NCBI GenBank assembly: GCA_947626065.1
Contig: CANQQT010000001.1
Location: forward strand, 30,183 to 94,182
Source: an uncultured Clostridia bacterium
GTDB taxonomy: Bacteria; Bacillota; Clostridia; Oscillospirales; CAG-272
DNA length: 64,000 bases
Reading direction: 5' to 3'
Position 1 is the stretch's first letter. Every line of letters starts with the position of its first letter. Both the position numbers and the translations under genes were made by a program. The notes under the pieces are model-generated. The model searched no databases. It had not been told where the DNA came from and saw only the letters and a list, made by a program, of their open reading frames with translations. Shown piece after piece: positions 1 through 9,204 of this stretch.

Positions 1-415
1 GCAGAAAAAGGTGACCTTTCTGGAAGAAACCGCCGCCCGGTTGGAGCTGAAAAACCTCTCTGCCCACTGCGGACGCGCCGAGGAGCTTGCGCACGATCCG
101 TCCTTCCGGGAGCGCTTCACCGCCGTTTCGGCGCGGGCGGTGGCAAGACTGCCGATTCTTGCGGAGCTCTGCCTTCCCTTTCTCTCCCCCGGCGGCGTCT
201 TCCTCGCCATGAAGGGAAAGCTCGCCGAGGAGGAGCTTGCCGAGGCGAAAAAGGGAATCGCCCTGCTCGGCGGAGGGGAGCCTCAGCTCCACCCCCTCGT
301 TCTGCGCGGCCTTCCGGAGCCGCAGGAGCGGGCCGCCGTAACGGTAAAGAAACTCTCCCGCACCCCCGCCCGCTATCCGAGGAGCTTTGCAAAAATCAAG
401 CAGAAGCCGCTGTAA
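1..415 (+). CDS. rsmG: 16S rRNA (guanine527-N7)-methyltransferase RsmG/GidB, C-terminal part (gene continues beyond left edge)
   Basis: The frame is open to the window edge. The sequence ...LSPGGVFLAMKGKLAEEELAEAKKGIALLGG...RTPARYPRSFAKIKQKPL resembles the GidB C-terminus. It occupies the canonical position upstream of noc-soj-spo0J. Confidence 0.85.
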   Translation, partial: QKKVTFLEETAARLELKNLSAHCGRAEELAHDPSFRERFTAVSARAVARLPILAELCLPFLSPGGVFLAMKGKLAEEELAEAKKGIALLGGGEPQLHPLVLRGLPEPQERAAVTVKKLSRTPARYPRSFAKIKQKPL

Positions 416-687
416 ATCGCTTCCAAAGTCCAAACACGGCGGCGGAAAACGCTTGTTTTGCCGTCCGTCCCGATCCTGCGCAAGGGTTCCTTTTCGCCCT
501 TCATCCCCGCGCCGCGTAAAAGATCCACCGGCCATCCTCGCACCGCGTAAACGCCTTTTTACCGGTCATCGCCGCACTGCGAACAGACCTTTTGTCCGGA
601 CATCGCCGCGCAAAAACCTTTTTGACCGGACATTCCCGCGCCGCGCAACAGCGCCTTTTTACCGATCATCCCCGCTTAATAGACGAA

Positions 688-722
688 CCCCGGGAACAGC
701 TTCCTGCTCCCGGGGTCTTTTT
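688..722 (+). terminator. Rho-independent terminator about 270 nt downstream of the rsmG stop
   Basis: CCCCGGGA (688-695) pairs with TCCCGGGG (708-715), followed by TCTTTTT. Confidence 0.6.
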
Positions 723-815
723 GACTTTCCGATCCGATTCTCTGACGGCGCGGCGCCTTTTGGCTTCGCGCCCGGCTTGTTTTTTCTCCCGCAAGGTGCG
801 CGAGAGCTCTTCTGC

Positions 816-2891
816 TTATTCCTTCCCCTGTGGGGGCCTGCGGGATTCCTTCCCCGCGTCTTCCCGGTCGGGACGGGGAATTTGCCGACCGCCTCGGGGA
901 GGAAAGACTCCGGACGGCGGCCCTGCCGGTGACTCTTCGGAGCCTTCCGGTTCTCCTTCGGCCTCCTGCTTTTCCTGCGTGATATACCGCTCGGCCTGCG
1001 CCGAGAAGAGGGTATAATATTGCTGTTTGGCCGCCATCAGCTCGGCGTGCGTTCCGGTTTCAACGACTCTTCCGTTTTGAAGAACCACGATTTTGTCCGC
1101 CGTCGTCGCGCTTGAAAGCCGGTGAGAAACGAAAATCGTCGTCCTGTCCTTCCGCAGCTCATCGAACTGCCTGTAGATCTCCTGCTCCGCGATGGCGTCG
1201 AGGGAAGCGGTCGGCTCGTCGAGGATCAGCACGTCGGTGTCGCTGTAAAAGGCCCTTGCGATGGACAGCTTCTGCCACTGCCCGATCGAAAGCTCCACGC
1301 CGTTTTCCTCAAAATACCTCATCAGCGGGGTATCGTAGCCGTTCGGCAGGGCTTCGATGAAGTCGGCGGAATTGCTCTGCTCGGCGGCCCGCCGGATTTC
1401 CTCCTCCCGCACCTCCTTGCTCACCTGACCGAAGAAAATGTTCTCCCGGACGCTGACCGCATACTTGCCGAAATCCTGAAAGATGATACCGAACACCGAA
1501 TAGAGCTCCCCGACGTCGTATTCCTTTATGTCGTACCCGTCGAGAAGGATCACGCCCTCCGTCGGGTCATACAGTCTTGTCAGGAGCTTGATAAGCGTTG
1601 TCTTTCCGGCGCCGTTGAGGCCGACCAGCACCACCGTGCTTCCCGCTTCAATCGTCAGGTTGATATGGTCGATAACCTTCCGCTCGGTTCCGGGATAAGA
1701 GAAGGAGACGTTTTTGAATTCAAATTTGTGCGCCGTATGCCTCGTCACCCGGCGCGGCGTGGGAAGGGAGGGAACCACCGTTTTCTTCTCGTTCATGAAG
1801 GTGATCATATTGTCTATGAAAAGCGTTCCCTCGTAAATCGACGCTGTCGTCGAAATCAGCGTGCCGATCCCTCCCGCGATGCTTGTCAGCGCCCCGGTAT
1901 AAAGGGAATAATCCCCGACCTGATAGGTGCCTGCCCAGACGCCCCGGGCAATTTGCAGGAAGAGCACGCAGTTGACCGCCGTGGAAAGAAGGGAGAGAAG
2001 GATCTGCCAACCGCCCTCGGCGAGGAAAAGCCTTTTCAGCCCCCGGAAATAGCGGGAAAAGACCTCCTGATACCGCCCGATAAAGGTTTCGGAAAGGCTG
2101 AACATCCGGATTTCCTTCACCATATCCTTATTCGTCATCAGGCCGGAGTAATAGTTCATCTGCCTTCTGTCCTTCGAGCGGTGCCGCATATAGAGGAAGT
2201 TTTTCTTCCTATAGACAAAGTTGATAATCGCCGAGGGAATGCTGACGGCGGCGATGATCAGCGGCGCGACAGGGCTGATGGCGATAAGAATCACAATATA
2301 GGAAACCATGCTGATGACGGTACTGATAATGGTAAAGTTCGCGTTGAGAATCTGAATCGGCCGGTGTCCGGCCTCCCGGCTGGCGTTTTCGAGCTTTTCG
2401 TAGAAATCCGGGCGATCGTAACCGGCAAGGTCGATCTCCTTCGCCTTCGTCATAATCTTGACGTTGACGTGATTGACGACCAGCTCCCCCGCGATGTTGT
2501 TCATAATCGAGCTGAGCTGCGCCACGATTCTCGTCAGAAACAGGTAGAGAAACTGGAAAAGGAAAAGCGTCATGATCCCCTGAAAGAGAATCTCCCCACC
2601 GTTCTGCGCCGCGGTATAGGCCTCGGCGAGCGTATTGAGAATCCTTGCCGCGATCACCGACCCGACCACCGGCATCGCCCCGTTGAAAATCGCCATGAAT
2701 ATCATCAGAAAGAGAATCCACGGCCTTGTCTCCCACACCAAACGGAAAATGTAGAACAGACGGAAGAAAAATTTCGTCACCGTCCGCCAGAGAAACCCCG
2801 GAACCTCCTTCAGATTCTTCGGCTTCGGCTCCTTATTCTTTTCGCTGACCGCCCCGCGCGGCGGCCCCATCATTGGTCCTCCCGGTCCCAT
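816..2891 (-). CDS. ABC transporter, fused permease/ATP-binding protein (MsbA-like exporter) with a low-complexity C-terminal tail
   Basis: Six-TM N-terminal half. Walker A GLNGAGKTT, signature LSIGQWQ, Walker B LILDEPT. The start is placed at ATG 2891 (MGPGGP...), preceded by GGAGG 6 nt upstream; the track start at 2918 is less likely. Confidence 0.85.
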   Translation of the reverse strand: MGPGGPMMGPPRGAVSEKNKEPKPKNLKEVPGFLWRTVTKFFFRLFYIFRLVWETRPWILFLMIFMAIFNGAMPVVGSVIAARILNTLAEAYTAAQNGGEILFQGIMTLFLFQFLYLFLTRIVAQLSSIMNNIAGELVVNHVNVKIMTKAKEIDLAGYDRPDFYEKLENASREAGHRPIQILNANFTIISTVISMVSYIVILIAISPVAPLIIAAVSIPSAIINFVYRKKNFLYMRHRSKDRRQMNYYSGLMTNKDMVKEIRMFSLSETFIGRYQEVFSRYFRGLKRLFLAEGGWQILLSLLSTAVNCVLFLQIARGVWAGTYQVGDYSLYTGALTSIAGGIGTLISTTASIYEGTLFIDNMITFMNEKKTVVPSLPTPRRVTRHTAHKFEFKNVSFSYPGTERKVIDHINLTIEAGSTVVLVGLNGAGKTTLIKLLTRLYDPTEGVILLDGYDIKEYDVGELYSVFGIIFQDFGKYAVSVRENIFFGQVSKEVREEEIRRAAEQSNSADFIEALPNGYDTPLMRYFEENGVELSIGQWQKLSIARAFYSDTDVLILDEPTASLDAIAEQEIYRQFDELRKDRTTIFVSHRLSSATTADKIVVLQNGRVVETGTHAELMAAKQQYYTLFSAQAERYITQEKQEAEGEPEGSEESPAGPPSGVFPPRGGRQIPRPDREDAGKESRRPPQGKE

Positions 2892-3028
2892 CAAACCCCT
2901 CCTTTTTTGCCTCGGCAAAATTGTTTGAAATCTAACTAATTGCTTCTATTATACACCTCTTTTTTCCTCTTTGCAAGAGCGGGGAAGGAAAAATCCGAAA
3001 AAAAGTGAAAACTTTCTCGCCTTTTTTC

Positions 3029-3057
3029 ATTGACTTCCCCGCTTTCGGATGATATAA
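3029..3057 (+). promoter_or_regulatory. Sigma-A type promoter (TTGACT-17-TATAAT)
   Basis: TTGACT at 3029-3034, a 17-nt spacer, and TATAAT at 3052-3057, upstream of the lipoprotein gene. Confidence 0.6.
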
Positions 3058-3120
3058 TGAAGAAAAAGAGGGCTTTTGTTTTCCTTTCCCTCTCTTTCCT
3101 TTTCAAAGGAGGCTTTCGCG

Positions 3121-4641
3121 GTGTCATTTCTGAAATCCCTTTCCTTTTTCTCCCTCGCCTGCTTTCTTCTCTGCCTCGGCGCCACCGGCTGCCGGTCGGA
3201 AAAGGGGGAGTCCCCCGTCTCCGATTCCCTCCCGGAAAGCTCCGAAAGCGCCCCCGTCGCCGCCTCTCCCGACGGGACTTACCGACTTGTAAAAAAGACG
3301 GTGGGAGACGTCGATTTTACTTCTTTTACCCTTCAAAGCACCCTTGTCCTCGACGGGGAGAGCGCCGTCTGGCTTGAAACCGACTATTCCGGCCTTTCCA
3401 CGCGGGAGGGAAGCTATACCCTGCGCGGAGAATCCGCCGTCCTCGTCTTCGACCGTGCCTCCTATTCCCTCAAAGAGAACCCGACGGGGGAGAGCCTCAC
3501 CCTTTCACAGAAAAAGGGCGGGAAGACTTGCCTCTGGCTCTTTGAAAAGGAATCGCCCTCGACCTCCCTCCCTTCTTCTCCCGGGACTTCCTCCGGCGTC
3601 GACTTCACCTCCGAGCTGTTCGGGGACGACAGCGAGCAGAATTTCTACAACTACTGCCCCTCCGTCATGCTGGAGGGATCCGACACCCTTCACGTCTGGT
3701 ACTGTTCAAACAAGACCTCCGGGAACGTGACCGACTACATTTTCTACCGGAAGGGAAAGCTTGACGCCTCCGGAAAATGGAGCTTTTCCGAAAAAACGGT
3801 GGCCCTTGCCCCCGACGGCGACAACAAGGGAAGCTGGGACGACCGCCACAACTGCGATCCCTCGGTGGTAAAGGGCGCCTTCACCCTGAACGGGGAGACC
3901 TATTCCTATCTTCTCTCCTACCTCGGTTGCCGCTCGAACGATATCAATCAGGTCGGAATCGCGGTTTCAAAGACGCCGGAAGGGCCTTACCTTCGCGTCC
4001 CCGACGTCAATCCCCTCTGCAATTTCTTTGCCTCTCCCGACTACAACCCCTCAAACGTAACGTGGGGCTACGGTCAGCCCTCCCTCGTCAGCGTCGACCG
4101 CGCCGGGAAGGTTCTCCTCTTCTACACGCGGGGAACGCCGTCCGGCACCTACACGCAGGTGGAGGAATGGGATCTTTCCGATCTCTCTTCGCCGAAAAAG
4201 CTCCGCGCGGCAAGGGTTTCCGAGCAGGGGATTCCCTCAAACACCGACATTCACGGCGCCGACTTCGCCTATGACCCGGTCAGGGAACGGATTTATTTTG
4301 TCACCGACAATTTCCCGATCCCCACCGACGGAGGCGTCAACGTCATTTCCAAAAACGTCTCCCTCTACTATACCTCCCTCGGGCAAAACGGGCTTGACCG
4401 CCTTTTCGGAGACGGCGGAAGCTACACCTGGCAGTCGGTCGGGGAGGTAAACCTTTACGCCCGCAACCACAACGCGGGGCTTCTCACCGACGAATACGGC
4501 CTTCTGACCGATCCCTACCGTCTCCCGCTCCTCTTCACCAAGGCCGACCTCGCCACCGATTTCCCCGGCTGGCCGGGCGGCGGGCAGTGGCCCTTCCTTC
4601 ACACCTACCGTCTGCACGGATATGTTGCCGCGCTGAATTAA
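3121..4641 (+). CDS. Secreted lipoprotein with a beta-propeller glycoside-hydrolase-like C-terminal region; function unknown
   Basis: GTG at 3121 lies 8 nt after AAAGGAGG. The signal peptide has a lipobox (LCLGATGC). The C-terminal region (DPSVVKG...VGIAVSKTPEGPY) is reminiscent of GH43-like propellers; this assignment is by eye only. Confidence 0.6.
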   Translation: MSFLKSLSFFSLACFLLCLGATGCRSEKGESPVSDSLPESSESAPVAASPDGTYRLVKKTVGDVDFTSFTLQSTLVLDGESAVWLETDYSGLSTREGSYTLRGESAVLVFDRASYSLKENPTGESLTLSQKKGGKTCLWLFEKESPSTSLPSSPGTSSGVDFTSELFGDDSEQNFYNYCPSVMLEGSDTLHVWYCSNKTSGNVTDYIFYRKGKLDASGKWSFSEKTVALAPDGDNKGSWDDRHNCDPSVVKGAFTLNGETYSYLLSYLGCRSNDINQVGIAVSKTPEGPYLRVPDVNPLCNFFASPDYNPSNVTWGYGQPSLVSVDRAGKVLLFYTRGTPSGTYTQVEEWDLSDLSSPKKLRAARVSEQGIPSNTDIHGADFAYDPVRERIYFVTDNFPIPTDGGVNVISKNVSLYYTSLGQNGLDRLFGDGGSYTWQSVGEVNLYARNHNAGLLTDEYGLLTDPYRLPLLFTKADLATDFPGWPGGGQWPFLHTYRLHGYVAALN

Positions 4642-4651
4642 AAGAGAAAAT

Positions 4652-4701
4652 CCCCGGCGCGTCCTTCTTTTCAGAAGGGCCGCCGGGGCTCTTTTTGTTT
4701 T
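4652..4701. terminator. Bidirectional terminator between convergent genes
   Basis: A long GC stem (CCCCGGCG...CGCCGGGG) is flanked by T-runs on both strands. Confidence 0.6.
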
Positions 4702-4728
4702 GCTTTGCTTTCCTTTGAAAGGGCTTTT

Positions 4729-5523
4729 TTATCCCAACAAGGCGCGGTCGTTTGCAAATTCCGAACCCGCCGCCTTGGCGAAGGCGCCGAGGAGCGCCTC
4801 TACCGTCAGCTTCTTTTTCTCCTCACCCGAGATATCGAGGATAATCTTGCCCTCGTTCAGCATGATCAGCCGATTGCCGTGGGCGATAGCGTCCTTCATG
4901 TTGTGGGTCACCATCAGGGTCGTGAGGTGATGCTCGTTGACCAACCGATCGGTGATTTCCAGCACCTTTGAAGCCGTTTTGGGGTCGAGCGCCGCGGTAT
5001 GCTCGTCGAGGAGAAGAAGCTGAGGCTTTTTCAGCGTCGCCATCAGAAGCGTCACCGCCTGCCTCTGCCCGCCGGAGAGCAGGCCCATTTTGGTCGTCAG
5101 ACGGGTGTCAAGGCCGAGATCCAGCTCCTTCAAAGCCTCCCGGTAATGCTCCCGATCGCCCTTCGTCAGCGCCCACTTGAAGCCTCTGCGCTTCCCTCTG
5201 CGGTCGGCGATCGCCATGTTTTCCTCCACCCACATATCGGCGGCGGTTCCCATCATCGGATCCTGAAAGACCCGTCCGATGTATTTGGCGCGTTTATACT
5301 CCGAGAGGCGGGTCACGTCGACGCCGTCGATGAGAATGCTTCCCTTATCGACGGGGTAAACCCCGGCGACCATATTCAAAAGCGTCGATTTCCCGGCGCC
5401 GTTCCCCCCGATGACTGTGACAAAATCCCCGTCGTTCAGCGTCAGGGAGAGGTCGGAGAGCGCCACCTTTTCGTTGACGGTTCCGGCGTTGAAGATTTTC
5501 GTTACACAGCGAACCTCAAGCAT
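4729..5523 (-). CDS. ABC transporter ATP-binding protein (COG1101-type, partner of the COG4120/COG2984 importer)
   Basis: Walker A GGNGAGKST, signature LSGGQRQ, Walker B LLLDEHTAALD. It overlaps the upstream permease gene by 8 nt. Confidence 0.9.
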   Translation of the reverse strand: MLEVRCVTKIFNAGTVNEKVALSDLSLTLNDGDFVTVIGGNGAGKSTLLNMVAGVYPVDKGSILIDGVDVTRLSEYKRAKYIGRVFQDPMMGTAADMWVEENMAIADRRGKRRGFKWALTKGDREHYREALKELDLGLDTRLTTKMGLLSGGQRQAVTLLMATLKKPQLLLLDEHTAALDPKTASKVLEITDRLVNEHHLTTLMVTHNMKDAIAHGNRLIMLNEGKIILDISGEEKKKLTVEALLGAFAKAAGSEFANDRALLG

Positions 5524-6430
5524 CTTTCTTCCCTCCCTTGACGGCTTTTTTGAAATATCTCTTTTTCACGTAGGGCATTCCGAGGAAGAAGGCGACGACA
5601 AGCGCCGAGAACATCTTGAGAAGGTCGGTTCTCAGGCCGAGGAAAACGATGGTGGAAAAGACGAAATAGTAGCAGACGCCGCCGAGCGCCACGCCGAGCA
5701 GACGGACGATAAAGCCGGAGGAAAGCTTCGAGACGACGGCCTCCCCCACCACGACGGCGGCAAGGCCGATGACGATCGCGCCCCGTCCCATATTGATATC
5801 CGCCGAGCCGCTGAACTGCGCGAGAAGCGCTCCCGACATGGCGACGATGCCGTTGGAAATCATCAGGCCGAGAACCTTGGCGAAATCGGTGTTGATTCCC
5901 TGCGCACGGCTCATATGAAGGTTGTTTCCCGTCGCCCGCAGGGAGGAGCCGAGCTCGGTGCCGAAGAACCAATAGAGAAGGGCAATCAGTCCGACAACAA
6001 AGAGAATCAGCGTCAGATTCGTTTGAAGAAGCCGCTCCTCCAGATTGGACACCGCCACGTGGTAGACCTGCCCGGGGAGCGCGACGTTGGATTTTCCCAT
6101 CAGAATCAGGTTCACCGACCAAAGCATCAGCTGTGTAAGAATGCCCGCCAGAATCGCGGGGATGCCGAGCAGGGTATGAATCAGCCCGGTCACAAGGCCG
6201 CAGAGGACGCCCGCCACCGTCGCCGCCAGAATGGCGACCCAGATATTCACTCCGTACACGGTCATCAGAACCGCGCAGACGGCGGCTCCCGTACAGATAG
6301 AGCCGTCGACCGTCAGATCGGCAATATCCAAAATTTTAAAGGTGATAAAGACGCCGATGGCCATAATGCCCCAGATCAGCCCCTGCGCCACGACGCCGGG
6401 AAGCGTTCCCAGCCAGTTTGTAAAGTTCAT
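5516..6430 (-). CDS. ABC transporter permease (COG4120-type)
   Basis: A 304-aa polytopic membrane protein lying between the substrate-binding protein and ATPase genes. Confidence 0.85.
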   Translation of the reverse strand: MNFTNWLGTLPGVVAQGLIWGIMAIGVFITFKILDIADLTVDGSICTGAAVCAVLMTVYGVNIWVAILAATVAGVLCGLVTGLIHTLLGIPAILAGILTQLMLWSVNLILMGKSNVALPGQVYHVAVSNLEERLLQTNLTLILFVVGLIALLYWFFGTELGSSLRATGNNLHMSRAQGINTDFAKVLGLMISNGIVAMSGALLAQFSGSADINMGRGAIVIGLAAVVVGEAVVSKLSSGFIVRLLGVALGGVCYYFVFSTIVFLGLRTDLLKMFSALVVAFFLGMPYVKKRYFKKAVKGGKKDA

Positions 6431-6554
6431 GCCGTGTTTCCTTTCGCCTTCTCTTTTTCCCGATGAAGCTTTCCCTATAAAGGAAGGAAACCGGAGCCGC
6501 GCGCGCAGGCAACGGCCCCGGTGCCCTCATTTTTCGTTTTTGCCGTCCGGCGCG

Positions 6555-7547
6555 TTATCCCTCGGTGGGAATCGGCACGTAGCCCTTCGCCTCAAGGTCG
6601 GCGGTATCGATGCCGAGCGCCTTGCAGCGGTCGGCGTTGTACATCTTGGTAACCTCCGCCGCGTATTCGATGGGCATTTCCTCAATCTTGGCCTCACCCT
6701 TCAAAATCTTGGCGGCCATCTTCGCCGTCGCTACGCCGAGGTCATAGTAATCGATGGAGAGGGTGACGACTCCGCAGCCGGAGCAGATGCTCTTCTCGCC
6801 GGCGACGACGGGGGTGTCGCCGATGGCGCCGAGAATCGTGCCTGTGCAGGTGGCGGCGGTGTTATCGGTCGGGATGTAAATCACGTCCTCCTCCGCGGCC
6901 TTGGCGGCAATCGTGTTGATTTCGTTGGAATCGGCAAAGGCGTAATTCGTGCAGGTGAGGCCCATTTTTTCAAGCTCTTCCTTCACAACCTTCACCTGAT
7001 AGTCGGAATTGGGCTCCGCGGAGCAGTAGAGAAGGCCTACCGTCTTCGCATCCGGGAAGATTTCGGTGATCATCTTCGCCTGATCGGCAAGAGGCGCGAG
7101 GTCGGAGGTTCCCGAGACGTTTCTGCCGACGGTGCCGTTAAAGTCTTTCAGGCCGAGAGCGGTGCCGTACTCGGTAATCGAGGTGCCGAGCACCGGGATC
7201 TTGTTCGTGCCGTTGGCCGCCGCTTGAAGCGCGTCGGTGGCGTTGGCCATGATGAGGTCGACCTTCTTGGAAACAAAGTCGTTGATGATGGTCGTGCAGA
7301 CCGTTTTGTCGCCCTGCGCGTTGTTTTCAAGGAATTTTACCTTGCCCTCGCCCAACTCCTTCACCAGCTGTTCCTTAAAGCCTCTCGTCGCGGCGTCCAG
7401 CGCGTCGTGGGGAGCCGCCTGACAGATTCCGACTGTATACTCCGCGCTTTTTCCGCAGGAGGAGAGGGAAATCATGGCCCCCGCGCAGAGAAGCGCCGCG
7501 AGCAGAACGGCCGTTAGTTTTCTTACGTTCATCTTGTTTTTTTCCAT
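6555..7547 (-). CDS. ABC transporter substrate-binding lipoprotein (COG2984-type)
   Basis: Signal peptide with lipobox (ISLSSCG). It is the first gene of the three-gene importer operon. Confidence 0.85.
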   Translation of the reverse strand: MEKNKMNVRKLTAVLLAALLCAGAMISLSSCGKSAEYTVGICQAAPHDALDAATRGFKEQLVKELGEGKVKFLENNAQGDKTVCTTIINDFVSKKVDLIMANATDALQAAANGTNKIPVLGTSITEYGTALGLKDFNGTVGRNVSGTSDLAPLADQAKMITEIFPDAKTVGLLYCSAEPNSDYQVKVVKEELEKMGLTCTNYAFADSNEINTIAAKAAEEDVIYIPTDNTAATCTGTILGAIGDTPVVAGEKSICSGCGVVTLSIDYYDLGVATAKMAAKILKGEAKIEEMPIEYAAEVTKMYNADRCKALGIDTADLEAKGYVPIPTEG

Positions 7548-7578
7548 CCTTTTTTATATGATACTTGGGGATTACTTT

Positions 7579-7607
7579 ATTATACTATAATTCTTTTTTG
7601 CTGTCAA
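7579..7607 (-). promoter_or_regulatory. Sigma-A type promoter for the ABC importer operon (TTGACA-17-TATAAT on the minus strand)
   Basis: Reverse complement of 7602-7607 is TTGACA and of 7579-7584 is TATAAT, with a 17-nt spacer. Confidence 0.65.
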
Positions 7608-7681
7608 GGAACGGATTTACAAAAAAGGGCAAAAAAAGCGGAAAGGATTTAAAATATTTTTTCTAAATTTGAAGAAAACGC

Positions 7682-7721
7682 TTGACAAGCGGCAGAAAAT
7701 ATGATATCATATTGATATCAA
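7682..7721 (+). promoter_or_regulatory. Promoter (TTGACA-17-TATCAT) overlapped by two GATATC-centred palindromes (candidate operator)
   Basis: TTGACA at 7682-7687 and TATCAT at 7705-7710. Palindrome ATATGATATCATAT at 7699-7712 and TTGATATCAA at 7712-7721; the TGATATCA cores lie 11 bp apart. Confidence 0.6.
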
Positions 7722-7745
7722 TCAGAATCAAAGGAGATTTTCATC

Positions 7746-8750
7746 ATGAAAGAAATCACACTCGGAAAAAGAAAAAAAGGAATGGCCGTTCTGCTCCTCA
7801 CCATTCTCCTCTATCTCGCCGCCGTCGCGGCTGTCATCGTTGGGGGAATCCTTGAAAGCTACATCCTCCTCGGCGTCGGATGCTTCTGGCTTCTCGTCGG
7901 ATGGCTTCCCTTCCTCGGCCTGAAGGTTTTAAAGCCTCAGGAGGCGCTGGTGCTCACCCTCTTCGGAAAATACCTCGGCACCCTTCGCGGGGACGGCTTC
8001 TTCTACGTCAATCCCTTCTGCACCGCCGTCAATCCCGCCGCGAAAACCCGTCTCAACCAGTCGGGAGACGTCGACAGCAAGAGCGGCGGAGAGTCGATTC
8101 TTCTCACCCCGACGGCGGGAACCGTCCCGACGGTCGATAAAAGAATTTCCCTCAAGGTCATGACGTTGAACAACAACCGGCAGAAGATCAACGACTGCCT
8201 CGGAAATCCCGTGGAAATCGGAATCGCCGTCACGTGGAGGGTCGTCGATACCGCCAAGGCGGTTTTCAACGTCGACAACTACAAGGAATTCCTCTCCCTG
8301 CAGTGCGACTGCGCCCTGCGCAACATCGTCCGCCTCTATCCCTATGACGTCGCGCCCAACGTCGATACGACCGGGGACGGCATCGCCGACGAGGGGAGCC
8401 TTCGCGGATCAAGCGAAATCGTGGCGGCCCGGATCCGGGACGAAATCCAACAGAAGGTTTCGGAGGCAGGGCTGGAAATCATCGAGGCAAGGATTACCTA
8501 TCTCGCCTACGCGACGGAAATCGCCGCCGTCATGCTCCAGCGCCAGCAGGCTTCCGCCATCATCGACGCGAGAAAGATGATTGTCGACGGCGCCGTCGGC
8601 ATGGTGGAAATGGCGCTTGAGAGACTGAGTCAGAACAACACCGTCACCCTTGACGAGGAGCGCAAGGCGGCGATGGTCTCCAACCTTCTCGTCGTCCTCT
8701 GCGGCAATCGCGACGCGCAGCCGGTCGTCAATTCCGGAAGCCTCTACTGA
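7746..8750 (+). CDS. SPFH/band-7 (stomatin-prohibitin family) membrane protein
   Basis: Two N-terminal TM helices followed by an SPFH-like core and a coiled-coil-like C-terminus (AVMLQRQQASAIIDARK). Confidence 0.8.
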   Translation: MKEITLGKRKKGMAVLLLTILLYLAAVAAVIVGGILESYILLGVGCFWLLVGWLPFLGLKVLKPQEALVLTLFGKYLGTLRGDGFFYVNPFCTAVNPAAKTRLNQSGDVDSKSGGESILLTPTAGTVPTVDKRISLKVMTLNNNRQKINDCLGNPVEIGIAVTWRVVDTAKAVFNVDNYKEFLSLQCDCALRNIVRLYPYDVAPNVDTTGDGIADEGSLRGSSEIVAARIRDEIQQKVSEAGLEIIEARITYLAYATEIAAVMLQRQQASAIIDARKMIVDGAVGMVEMALERLSQNNTVTLDEERKAAMVSNLLVVLCGNRDAQPVVNSGSLY

Positions 8751-8944
8751 TGATGGCAGAAAGCAAAAAGCAGGTCCCTTTGCGCATTTCCGCCACCCTC
8801 TACAGCGACCTCGCCCAATGGGCGGAGCAGGATTTCCGATCCCTGAACGGGCAAATCGAATATCTCCTCACCGAATGCGTAAAGCAGCACAAAAAAACCG
8901 GGAAATACCTGCCGGATCCCCAGCCCTCCGACGGGTCGCTCTGA
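8750..8944 (+). CDS. Small Arc/ribbon-helix-helix-like DNA-binding protein, translationally coupled to the SPFH gene
   Basis: TGATG stop/start overlap. The N-terminal segment KKQVPLRISATLYSDLAQWAEQDFRSLNGQIEYLL fits the RHH pattern. Confidence 0.6.
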   Translation: MMAESKKQVPLRISATLYSDLAQWAEQDFRSLNGQIEYLLTECVKQHKKTGKYLPDPQPSDGSL

Positions 8945-9082
8945 CAGGCCCCGCCGTCAGTCACCCTTCTTTCCCTTTTGCATAGACTGTATATCAGAAA
9001 GGCGGATGGCACCTCCCCGAAAAGGAGCGCCGACGGCTTCCGCCACCGCCTTTCTGAGTAAAGAGAAAGGACGGATATCACG

Positions 9083-9190
9083 ATGGGCTGCCTCTGCAAC
9101 ATTTTTGATGACTGCAACGTCTGGGTCATCATCCTGATTCTTGTGATTCTTTATTGCTACTGCAACGGCGAAAACTGCTGCCACGGTTGA
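9083..9190 (+). CDS. Unannotated 35-aa Cys-rich single-TM peptide (MGCLCNIFDDCNVWVIILILVILYCYCNGENCCHG)
   Basis: ATG at 9083 with AAAGGA about 9 nt upstream. A hydrophobic core is flanked by Cys clusters. A strong terminator follows immediately at 9205-9235. It falls below the ORF-track size cutoff. Confidence 0.55.
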   Translation: MGCLCNIFDDCNVWVIILILVILYCYCNGENCCHG

Positions 9191-9204
9191 CCCGTTTGCT
9201 CCCC

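Noticed and set aside
1122-2939. 605-aa plus-strand ORF
   Set aside because: This is an antisense shadow of the ABC exporter gene (816-2891). Its sequence is Arg/Pro/Gly/His-rich with no motifs, as is typical for GC-rich DNA.
5411-7517. Two long plus-strand ORFs (5411-6466 and 6231-7517)
   Set aside because: Both lie antisense to the ABC permease and substrate-binding genes. They have a low-complexity Arg/Gly/Asp composition and no RBS or domain signatures.
8994-9057. Possible fluoride (crcB-motif) or other known riboswitch in the leader of the Cys-rich peptide gene
   Set aside because: The GGCGGAUGG...GCCGACGGCUUCC segment only superficially resembles the crcB motif as I remember it. The invariant 3' elements are not matched and the gene context is wrong. 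I kept it only as an unclassified structured leader.
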